From: a bacterium | GTDB lineage: Bacteria > Actinomycetota > Acidimicrobiia > Spongiisociales > ZC4RG35 | Assembly: GCA_028823995.1 (NCBI GenBank) | Contig: JAPPFD010000031.1 | Span: 123,877 to 187,876, forward strand | DNA: 64,000 nucleotides | Direction of reading: 5' to 3' | Part shown: positions 56,493 through 64,000 of the stretch, in pieces | Numbering within the stretch: position 1 is the first letter of the stretch | How the letters are laid out: every line of letters begins with the position of its first letter | Made by a program: the position numbers and the translations under genes | Notes under the pieces: model-generated | What the model was told of the DNA's origin: nothing | Databases searched by the model: none | Seen by the model: the letters and a program-made list of their open reading frames with translations, nothing else

Positions 56493-58184
56493 TCACAGCG
56501 GCGGAAGCATCATGAGAGCACCGCCGTGGCCGTCGACAGCCGCTATCAGTTCCTTTTCCCCCTCTGATCGGTGGCGGCCCGAGGAGATCCTTTGGCCGAT
56601 ATCGACTCCGCAAAGAGCCGGAACGCCGAGCCATCCGGCCACTTCGAAGAGGTGCGCGGCGGGGCTTCCTTCCTCGGTGACGAGGCCGGCCGCATTCCAG
56701 AGCAGCGGAGCAATGTTGCCGACAGGGTGGGATGCGACGATGACTTCCCGAGGACAGAATCGGGCGGCATCCTCCGCGTTGCGAATGTACCGGAGCCGCC
56801 CGACGCCCCAGCCCCCGGCAGCGGGGATCCCGGCGAAGGTTTCACCCTGGGAAGTGATCACTCCATACGTCCACGCATCCCAGTTCGTGGTTCCCACCCG
56901 GCGAATGGGACCTTGTTGGCCGGAGGGTGCCGGGTCCAAGTTGTCCGGGTCAAGATACCAGATCCAGCCGGGGCGGGGGATCACACCGGAAGCGGTGAGG
57001 GCTCGCCCCAACTCCTCAAGGTTGCGCAGTTGTCCGTGAGCGAGAGACCTGTCAACCTCCGGATGCCGGGAGATAAGGTCCAACAGCGGAGACGACTCAC
57101 CGTTGCGCAACGCCGCCAGGGCTCGATCGATGTCGGTGGGAGTAACAGGTTCTCCCCAACGTTGTGACATCAACACTGCTGACCCTTTCTGAAGATCCTC
57201 GATGAGGGTCGCCACCGGCCTGGGGGCCTGTTCTATCGCAGCGGGGGAGAGGTCTTCGAGACCGATGGCCCACGGCCAGACATGTCGCTCGCCCACAGGA
57301 CCCGGGTACCGAATCATCATGCGAACCACACCTCTCATCCATGGTTCCCGGTTTTGGGCCGGGTCAGGCGCCCGGGTTTCGGTCCTTTGCAATCGCCAAT
57401 CCAGCTTCGGTTGAGCTTGCACCAGATGGAGCTTTCCATTCTGGTCGGCCATCCACTCGATGTGATTGCACTCGATCTTCTCAGCGGTGGCTCTGCTCAG
57501 AACGGCGATCCGGCGGAGTAGGCGGGAACCTAGGGGTGAAGAATCCGCCTGGACTTCGTCGTCCCGGGTGACGACGGCAATGTGGCCTCTTTCCCAGCCC
57601 CCCACCAACCCGGCGGGATGTCCCGGCGTGCCAATCACCTTTACAGCCCCGTTCTCTTCTACGGTGGCAACTCCACCGTAGGTTGGTCGGATCTCGGGTT
57701 GGACGAGCACAGCCATGCCCACCTCTTGTGGAGATGTCCCCGTCACTACTCCTCTCTTCAGAGTGTTCGGGTTGAAGACCGAGGCCCAGCAGCCGATCAC
57801 GCACTGGGTGAGTTCTTCGGGCTTCATCCCCAGATAAGAGGAGAAGGCTCCGGCCCAGATGCTCTCTCCTTCCGCCCTACTCGATGAACGCACCACCAAG
57901 GAATCTCCAAGATTCCGTGCTTCCTCTGCGAGGTCCTGGAGTAGAGCGGGAGGCGGGTGATTGTAGACGGCCGTCCTGGCTGCGCCCGAGTTATCGGTTG
58001 ATCGGAGCGTGGCTTCTCCGGCTCCGATGACCGGATCGGAGACACCCACCGAGACTACGAACCCGTCGAGAACCGGCAGACCCCGGGCTCTGGCTCTTGC
58101 CAGCCGGCTGGCTTTTGCTCCCACCAGGGCGGGATTCTGTGCGTCGGCCTGGTCGAGCCAGACCAGACGGGCCCCTCCGGCCAT
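56493..58184 (-). CDS. PEP-synthase/PPDK-like phosphotransferase: N-terminal PPDK_N ATP-grasp domain plus C-terminal phospho-histidine swivel domain, no PEP-binding TIM barrel
   Basis: 'LVGAKASRLARARARGLPVLDGFVV' (PPDK_N). C-terminal 'GLVTEEGSPAAHLFEVAGWLGVPALCG' aligns with the mobile-domain consensus 'GGxTSHAAIVARELGIPAVVG' and conserves the His. Confidence 0.75.
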   Translation of the reverse strand: MAGGARLVWLDQADAQNPALVGAKASRLARARARGLPVLDGFVVSVGVSDPVIGAGEATLRSTDNSGAARTAVYNHPPPALLQDLAEEARNLGDSLVVRSSSRAEGESIWAGAFSSYLGMKPEELTQCVIGCWASVFNPNTLKRGVVTGTSPQEVGMAVLVQPEIRPTYGGVATVEENGAVKVIGTPGHPAGLVGGWERGHIAVVTRDDEVQADSSPLGSRLLRRIAVLSRATAEKIECNHIEWMADQNGKLHLVQAQPKLDWRLQRTETRAPDPAQNREPWMRGVVRMMIRYPGPVGERHVWPWAIGLEDLSPAAIEQAPRPVATLIEDLQKGSAVLMSQRWGEPVTPTDIDRALAALRNGESSPLLDLISRHPEVDRSLAHGQLRNLEELGRALTASGVIPRPGWIWYLDPDNLDPAPSGQQGPIRRVGTTNWDAWTYGVITSQGETFAGIPAAGGWGVGRLRYIRNAEDAARFCPREVIVASHPVGNIAPLLWNAAGLVTEEGSPAAHLFEVAGWLGVPALCGVDIGQRISSGRHRSEGEKELIAAVDGHGGALMMLPPL

Positions 58185-58185
58185 G

Positions 58186-59454
58186 TCAGTCCACGACGAT
58201 TATCTCGTGAGACTTGTAGGACGAGACCATCTCGATCCCGGTGTCGGTGACATACAGCATCTCCTCGAGACGCACCCCGAAGCGGTGGAGTTTTCCGTGC
58301 TGGGTCTCCAGGGCGAAGGTCATCCCGGGCTCGATCTCCACGGGGTGGTCCAGGGACCAGATGCGCGAGATCACCGGCGGGTCGTACTGGGCCAGGCCCA
58401 GGCCGTGACCCCAGAGGTTGGCCGCCGCCTGGTCCTCCTCGGCGTATCCCCACACCTCCTGGGCGCTCGGCCACTTGGAGGCGACGTCGGCGGTGGTGAC
58501 TCCCGGCCGGGTGGCCTCGATGGAGTCCCAGAGCCAGGTGTGAGCCTCGTCGTAGACGCTCTGCATCTCGTCGGTGGGCTTCCCGCCCACGCAGTAGGTG
58601 CGGTACACGCAACTCTTGAACCCGTTCCAGGTGAGGGCGGCCAGGTCGACGATCACCAACTCCCCGGGGCGGATCATCCGGTCGGAGAAGTTGCGCCAGT
58701 TGGGCCAGGCGTTGGGACCCGATGACACGATCACGTCCTCGACGTCCTCCATGCCGGGAATCGAATAGAGTTTCTCGAACCCGAAGGCCGCCACCTGGTT
58801 CTCGGTCATCCCCGGCTTGATGAAGTTGGTGATCTCGTAGTGGACGTAGTCGCAAATCGACCCCACCATCGAGAAGGCCTTGACCTCGTCGGGGCTCTTG
58901 ATGGCCCGGGCCTCCATCATGGGAGTCATGCCGTCGGTCCACTCGATCCCGTGCTGCTGGAATGCGCCGATCAGGTTGATGTCGATGAAGTCGACGCCCA
59001 GCGGTTTGTCCTTCACTCCGGCTGCCTCCAGGTCGCTGATCAGGGCCTTGGTGAACTTGTTCACCTGCTGCGTGGAGGCCGGACCCACCGCTCCCTTTAT
59101 CCAGGCGTACGAGTACCGGATGTTCTCCTTGGGGATCCACGGGTTGTGGACTTTCAGGTGGAACCCCAGGTCGCCCTGCTCATAGACGATCGGCGGCTGG
59201 TCCTCGATCAGCACCACGTAGCGGAGCCCGGGCTTGAGACGGTTCCAACCCGGGGTCATGGTGGAGGAGACGTACCGCATGTTCTCGTCGTAGAAGAGCA
59301 ACAGGGCGCCCAGACCGTAGCGTTTCATCGCCTCGTGGGCTCTCTTCAACCGCCACTTCCGGACAGCGTCCCAGTTGATTCCCTCTTTCCAGTCCGTGCT
59401 CAAGACCCCGAATGCTTCCCTCATGTTCTTCCTTGCTCGATTGGGGGAAATCAT
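58186..59454 (-). CDS. M24-family metallohydrolase (creatinase/prolidase-like), copy 2
   Basis: Paralogue of 38895-40166, with the same metal ligand set ('HGLGLAQYD', 'ALETQHG', 'RLEEM'). Confidence 0.8.
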   Translation of the reverse strand: MISPNRARKNMREAFGVLSTDWKEGINWDAVRKWRLKRAHEAMKRYGLGALLLFYDENMRYVSSTMTPGWNRLKPGLRYVVLIEDQPPIVYEQGDLGFHLKVHNPWIPKENIRYSYAWIKGAVGPASTQQVNKFTKALISDLEAAGVKDKPLGVDFIDINLIGAFQQHGIEWTDGMTPMMEARAIKSPDEVKAFSMVGSICDYVHYEITNFIKPGMTENQVAAFGFEKLYSIPGMEDVEDVIVSSGPNAWPNWRNFSDRMIRPGELVIVDLAALTWNGFKSCVYRTYCVGGKPTDEMQSVYDEAHTWLWDSIEATRPGVTTADVASKWPSAQEVWGYAEEDQAAANLWGHGLGLAQYDPPVISRIWSLDHPVEIEPGMTFALETQHGKLHRFGVRLEEMLYVTDTGIEMVSSYKSHEIIVVD

Positions 59455-59492
59455 ACCGCCGCGCCCTCCCGGGAGAGTTGAGGAGGGCTTGC

Positions 59493-60548
59493 TCAGGGAG
59501 TCAGAAGGACCTTGAGGTGGTCGCCGCTCCTGGCGGCGGCGAAGGCCGCGCCCGCCTCCTCCAAGGGGTAGCGACCGGTGACCAGGGGCGCCAGGCGGAT
59601 CCGGCCCTCGGCGGCAAGACGGATACCTTCGTCATAGTCCCGAGGCAGAGCGGCTCTCGGGTTGTGAAGGGTGAGTTCTTTGAAGTAAAGCTGGTAGTAG
59701 GGCATTTCGGTTCCCCCGCCGGTCACGGTGCCGTAGATGATCACGTCGCCTCCCGGCATTGCGAGGTCGATCGATTGGACGACCGTCTCCTCTTTCCCCA
59801 CCGACTCGATCACCAGGTCGGCGCCCCGCCCGGATGAGGCTCGGGCGACCACGTCGGATGCTTCGTCGGGGGTGGCGACCAGGTCGGCGCCCAGGCCCTT
59901 CGCCAACTCCAGCTTCCACGGGGAACGGCTGACGCCTATCACGAGGCCCGCGCCACGATCGGAAAGCAATTGGGTATGGAGCATGCCGGAGACGCCCAAG
60001 CCGATCACCACGGCCACCGTGTCGGAGGAAACCGGCACCGGCTGCTGGGAGTGGACCACGGTTCCCAGGACCTGCAGGAGCCCGGCCTCGTCCGGCGGGA
60101 TCTGATCGGGGACCGGATGCAGGTAGCGATCCTCCAGCCCGATGGCCTCGGCGAACACCCCGTCGAAGTCCCGCCCCAGAAGGCCCCCGCGCCCGCAAAG
60201 ATGGGGCCTGTCCCTACCGCACAGATAACAGTCGCCGCAGTTGATCCCCGGATTGACGAGCACCCTCGTTCCGTGAGAAACCTTGGCCTCCGGCGGGGCC
60301 TGCGCCACGGTGCCCACCAATTCGTGGCCGAGCACCCGTGGGTAACTGACCGGTGTGGAGCCGTCCAGAATCTTGAGGTCCGTGCCGCATATCCCGGCCC
60401 GCTCCAGACGGACCAGGACCCCCCTGTCCACCCGGGGAAGCGGCCTGTCCACCATCTCGAGCCAACCCGGTCCCGTGGTCGCAGCAGCTCTCACGCCTTG
60501 TCCTGCCACTTGAACTTCGAAATAGGACCTCCAAGGGTCACACGGCAT
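59493..60548 (-). CDS. Zn-dependent medium-chain alcohol/polyol dehydrogenase (threonine/sorbitol dehydrogenase-like)
   Basis: 'GICGTDLKILDG' catalytic Zn, structural-Zn Cys cluster 'CGDCYLCGRDRPHLC', Rossmann 'GLGVSG'. Confidence 0.85.
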   Translation of the reverse strand: MPCDPWRSYFEVQVAGQGVRAAATTGPGWLEMVDRPLPRVDRGVLVRLERAGICGTDLKILDGSTPVSYPRVLGHELVGTVAQAPPEAKVSHGTRVLVNPGINCGDCYLCGRDRPHLCGRGGLLGRDFDGVFAEAIGLEDRYLHPVPDQIPPDEAGLLQVLGTVVHSQQPVPVSSDTVAVVIGLGVSGMLHTQLLSDRGAGLVIGVSRSPWKLELAKGLGADLVATPDEASDVVARASSGRGADLVIESVGKEETVVQSIDLAMPGGDVIIYGTVTGGGTEMPYYQLYFKELTLHNPRAALPRDYDEGIRLAAEGRIRLAPLVTGRYPLEEAGAAFAAARSGDHLKVLLTP

Positions 60549-60816
60549 TCTCTACGTCGCACTTCGGCACTCGGTTCCTAACGAGGGGGAATCGTGCAAA
60601 CACCTCTCACCAGCGAGGGCCCAAAACTCAAGTGTTGGGTCTAGGCGTCCCGACTCGAGGAGGTATTTCTGGTGGAGGGCGGCTGGAGCCTATCCCACGC
60701 CCCACGCTTCTCTGTGATGCTCGGGTCGGGCAGTGACGGTCTGGGCAGATCCTTGGGGTTAGGCACCGGAGGAGGTGAGGGGTTGTCTTGTTTTGGGGTT
60801 GTTTCTGTTCTTTTAC

Positions 60817-61317
60817 TCAAAGGAAAAGATCTCCCAATAGAAGGAACATACCGGTCACTTCAATCATAAGGGCTGCAAGGCCCCAAGAGAAGGTCATTAG
60901 CTTTCTCTTGAGAACCTTCCGGTTGGTGTCCGCCTGGTCACCCATCCAGATTGCAAGCTCGCGATGCACTTCTGAGATGCTTCTCGGCGGAGTCCCCTCA
61001 ATGTAATAGCCGATTATGACGCGCGGATCATGCACAAGGCGTAGGCTGGCCGGTTCCCAGATGAACAGGGTGGTAAAGACCACGCCGAGGAACCCCACGA
61101 TTGCCAGGCCCCCTCCGACAAATCCGAGCCCATCGATGTTGCTGATCTCGTCACGGTAGTTCTGAAGGGCGACAAGAAAGAGGCTTGCTGCAAATGTAGC
61201 CGCCGTCAGGAGCTTCCCGGCTCGATCGCGAGTGTCCTGTATCGTGGCCATCTGCTGGTCTAGCGTTCGCAGCCCGGTCTCGTAGGAGAGGGCATAAGCG
61301 GCAGGGTCCCCGTCCAC
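60817..61317 (-). CDS. Hypothetical 166-aa membrane protein (soluble N-terminal helix plus 3 predicted TM helices) in a low-GC patch
   Basis: ORF with TM-like hydrophobic stretches, GC ~52-55 % against ~68 % in the flanks. I do not recognise the family. Confidence 0.4.
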   Translation of the reverse strand: MDGDPAAYALSYETGLRTLDQQMATIQDTRDRAGKLLTAATFAASLFLVALQNYRDEISNIDGLGFVGGGLAIVGFLGVVFTTLFIWEPASLRLVHDPRVIIGYYIEGTPPRSISEVHRELAIWMGDQADTNRKVLKRKLMTFSWGLAALMIEVTGMFLLLGDLFL

Positions 61318-61419
61318 CCGCCCAGATCATATCGCCGCTACGAACTTATCGCATCTCACCAGCACCCGACATGGCGCTGAGACCGATGGCGGGGCGTATA
61401 TCTTTGACCAGATGAGAGC

Positions 61420-62358
61420 TTGCCGGTGACCGATCCGCCCACTTCTCCACCGGCGTCTCGGGTCCTTCCTTACTTCTTCCTGGGCGCGATCGTGCTGGGC
61501 CTCGGCTTCAACTGGCCGCTGATCGCAATAGGTGTGGACAGCATGCCGCCATTGTGGCTCATGACGTTCCGCATGCTGGGAGGGGCCCTGGTGGGCTTCG
61601 GGATGAACGCGGTGGCGGGCCAGCGGGCCTCCGTTCACCCTCGGGACCGGAAGATCGTCACCGTCCTGGGGATCTTCCGCCTGTTCGCCATCTTCATCTT
61701 TGTCTTCTACGCCCTCCAGATTCTCCCGCCCGGCCGGTCCGCAATCCTGGTGTGGACCAGCACGCTGTGGGCCGTTCCCCTGGCGGCCATCTTTCTCGGA
61801 GAACGGATGTCCCGCTTGCAGACCGCCGGTCTGGTGGTCGGGATCCTGGGAATAGGAGTGGTTGTCGAGCCCTGGGCGCTGAGCTTCTCCGAGCCCAGGG
61901 TGATCTGGGGGTACCTGCTGCTGATGGGCGCAGCCCTTTCGGCGGCGTGGACCTCTGTGTATATCCGGAGACACTCCTGGACGGCCAGTCCCCTGGCCTC
62001 CACGCCGTGGCAGATGCTGTCCGGAGGCGTTCCGGCTCTGGCTGCGGCCCTGGCTGTGGACGGGATTCCCGACATCCAATGGACCTGGCTGGTGTGGGGT
62101 GTGGTGTTATACCAATCCACGTTTGCCGGTCCGTTCGTGGTCTGGGCGCACCTGTCGGTCCTCCGACACATCCCGGTGGTCCCGGTCAATCTGACTCTGA
62201 TGGTCACTCCGGTGGTGGGACTTCTGGCGTCGTGGTGGTGGGTTGACGACGTGATCACCCTTACGCTGGTGGCCGGGCTGGCGATGATCACCCTGGGAGC
62301 GACAGCCAACATCTTCGGAGACGAGCACCTGCGGCCACATCGATCCGGTATGACGTGA
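61420..62358 (+). CDS. EamA/DMT-superfamily transporter (two EamA repeats)
   Basis: 10 TM helices, 312 aa, duplicated EamA pattern. Confidence 0.8.
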   Translation: MPVTDPPTSPPASRVLPYFFLGAIVLGLGFNWPLIAIGVDSMPPLWLMTFRMLGGALVGFGMNAVAGQRASVHPRDRKIVTVLGIFRLFAIFIFVFYALQILPPGRSAILVWTSTLWAVPLAAIFLGERMSRLQTAGLVVGILGIGVVVEPWALSFSEPRVIWGYLLLMGAALSAAWTSVYIRRHSWTASPLASTPWQMLSGGVPALAAALAVDGIPDIQWTWLVWGVVLYQSTFAGPFVVWAHLSVLRHIPVVPVNLTLMVTPVVGLLASWWWVDDVITLTLVAGLAMITLGATANIFGDEHLRPHRSGMT

Positions 62359-63548
62359 GCCCGAGATCCCGCCGGGAGCAGCTGGCTCTCCTGATGACCG
62401 TCTGCTGTCTGGGCATGACCCACCTCTCCCTGGTTTCCCCTGTCCTTCCCGAGTTGGCCAAGGCTCTGGGAGTCTCGATCTCGGTGGTGGGGTGGGTGCA
62501 GGGTTCGGCGGCGTTCCCCGGGATATTCCTGGCGATTTTCGTCGGTTATCTGGCCGACCGCTTCGGTGGGCGCCGGGTGATCCTGACCTGTGTGACAATC
62601 TTCACCATCTTCGGGTCGGCGTGCTTTCTGGCCACATCCTTTCCGATGCTGCTCGGGTTGCGGATGTTGCAGGGGATCGGCACCTCGGGGATCGTGGGCG
62701 TGGCCGTCACCCTGATCGGCGAGTTGTTCGAGGACGACCAGAAGCGGCTGAGAGTGCTGGGCACCAACCTCGCCCTGATGTACCTGACCCAGTTGGTGGT
62801 TCCCGTGTTATCGGGGATCGTGGCGGCGGGAGGGGCCTTCCGGCCCTTCCTGCTATATCTGGTCGGGGCGCCGATCGCCATCTGGGCCTACCGCCTGGCG
62901 GTCGGTCAGCCGGGAGAGGCGGCTTCTTCCCCTATTCGGCATGTCCGGGCCGCCCACCAGGACCTGCGCCGCCGGAAGACGGGTGTGGATTTCCTGGGCC
63001 TGATCCTGGTTACGGCCATAGGGGTGATGGTCTTTCAGGGGGCGACCCTGACTGCCGTTCCGTTGATGCTTGACGAGGTGTTCGGGACCGCCAGCACCGG
63101 ACGGGGTCTGGTGGTGTCCGCGTTTCTCCTGGGAGCGATGGTTTCCGTACTGGGAGTGGTCCGGGTCATCTCGGGGAGGATTTCGGGCCGGGTGCTGAGC
63201 ACCGGGATATGGCTGATGTCCATCGGGCTGTTCACGGTGCTGGTGGCGGGCTTTCCGCTGATGGTCTCTGCGGGCCTGGCGATTGCCGGGGCCGGGTTCG
63301 GGCTGGTAATCACGCTGGCGCAGCGGGACGCAATCACTTCCTGTTCCCCGGCCTATCGGGGGGTAGTGATGCTCACTTGGGTGGCGGGAGTGCGGGTGGC
63401 CCAGGTGATAGCGCCGCCGTTCGCTTCATTCGTCACCGGTGTGGTGGGTCCCCGGTCCATGTTCCTGCTGACCACGGTCATGACCGCCTTCGCAGCTTTG
63501 GCTTGGCGTCCTCTGAGACGCCGACTCAGGGGGACCTTTTATTCCTAG
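62355..63548 (+). CDS. MFS transporter
   Basis: 12 TM helices, 'GYLADRFGGRRV' MFS motif A-like loop. Start overlaps the EamA stop. Confidence 0.8.
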   Translation: MSPRSRREQLALLMTVCCLGMTHLSLVSPVLPELAKALGVSISVVGWVQGSAAFPGIFLAIFVGYLADRFGGRRVILTCVTIFTIFGSACFLATSFPMLLGLRMLQGIGTSGIVGVAVTLIGELFEDDQKRLRVLGTNLALMYLTQLVVPVLSGIVAAGGAFRPFLLYLVGAPIAIWAYRLAVGQPGEAASSPIRHVRAAHQDLRRRKTGVDFLGLILVTAIGVMVFQGATLTAVPLMLDEVFGTASTGRGLVVSAFLLGAMVSVLGVVRVISGRISGRVLSTGIWLMSIGLFTVLVAGFPLMVSAGLAIAGAGFGLVITLAQRDAITSCSPAYRGVVMLTWVAGVRVAQVIAPPFASFVTGVVGPRSMFLLTTVMTAFAALAWRPLRRRLRGTFYS

Positions 63549-63590
63549 GTGATCGGAGATTCCTGGGGGGATGGCGGTAGGGTTACACCC

Positions 63591-64000
63591 ATGACAAGAC
63601 TTCCTGAATTAAGTTCGGCCGCGGCGGTTTCTGACGGTGAGGGGCCCGTCTTGGTGGTGCCGATGGGCGTCGACCGGGAGCCCGGGCCGGGTGCCGAGTA
63701 CGTGTTGGATCAGCTGGGTTCGTGGGTGGGTGATCACCTGGAGGGAGTGGGTTTCTCGGGTAAACCGGGGGAGGTGGCGGTGATCCCGACCGGGGGTGGA
63801 TTCCGGTACAACTGGGTGGTGATGGCCGGTGTGGGTGGCGATCCCGACCATGAGACGGTGCGCAGAGCTTCGGCTGTTGCCTACCGGGCCGCTCCCCGGA
63901 CCGAGAGCCTGGTCACCACCCTCCACCAGGTATCCACTCCCGGCGCCCTGGCCGCCACCGTGGAGGGGGCGCTCCTGGCCGGGTATCGATACGAGAACTA
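63591..64000 (+). CDS. pepA: Leucyl aminopeptidase (M17) N-terminal domain, truncated by the window end
   Basis: The frame is open from ATG 63591 to the window end. 'FSGKPGEVAVIPT' and 'EGALLAGYRYE' match the PepA N-domain pattern. Confidence 0.6.
   Translation, partial: MTRLPELSSAAAVSDGEGPVLVVPMGVDREPGPGAEYVLDQLGSWVGDHLEGVGFSGKPGEVAVIPTGGGFRYNWVVMAGVGGDPDHETVRRASAVAYRAAPRTESLVTTLHQVSTPGALAATVEGALLAGYRYEN

Noticed and set aside
60549-60816. A possible tRNA or integrase attachment site next to the low-GC patch
   Set aside because: No T-arm (GTTCRANYC) or cloverleaf-compatible sequence is found. No integrase, transposase or direct repeats were detected in the window.
1-64000. CRISPR arrays, IS elements, rRNA or tRNA genes
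   Set aside because: No regularly spaced direct repeats, no transposase or integrase-like ORFs, and no rRNA- or tRNA-like conserved motifs were seen. The only tandem repeat is the 21-bp coding repeat at 1334-1396.

Overview
This is a high-GC (about 65-70 %) actinobacterial-type chromosomal segment, densely coding, with almost no mobile-element or CRISPR signal. Core genes are present: the purA and purB purine genes separated by a divergent AlkZ/YcaQ-like DNA glycosylase, msrA, and a two-component system. The most unusual single gene is a 694-aa exported protein at 11377-13461. It fuses a ProX-type glycine-betaine-binding domain to a GluR0-like channel that carries a TVGYGD potassium selectivity filter, and it is transcribed divergently from a BCCT osmolyte transporter-proX operon. 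The largest structure is a roughly 21-kb co-directional, translationally coupled operon (19115-40166). It runs livHMGF, then two tandem copies of ATP-dependent hydantoinase/oxoprolinase A and B subunits each followed by a class III aminotransferase, then a family III CoA-transferase, 2-oxoacid dehydrogenase E1 alpha, E1 beta and E2, two short-chain dehydrogenases, and an M24 hydrolase. This looks like a lactam or cyclic-amide catabolic system in the style of caprolactamase/OplBA with a partner omega-aminotransferase. A second island (40964-60548) combines three closely related phosphotriesterase-family (Php-like) hydrolase paralogues, a Dpp-type ABC importer, a CocE/NonD hydrolase, an amidase, a threonine-aldolase-like enzyme, an Ldh_2 oxidoreductase, a second M24 hydrolase and a PEP-synthase-like swivel-histidine phosphotransferase. 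Its substrate-binding-protein gene sits behind a consensus sigma-70-like promoter carrying a GntR-type palindrome. Two short low-GC inserts interrupt the region: a Phd/YefM-VapC toxin-antitoxin pair, and a lone three-helix membrane protein. One further gene fuses a peptidase-E (S51)-like domain to a domain resembling the C-terminal anticodon-binding domain of cysteinyl-tRNA synthetase. The ORF track contains many antisense overlapping ORFs that I treat as high-GC artefacts.
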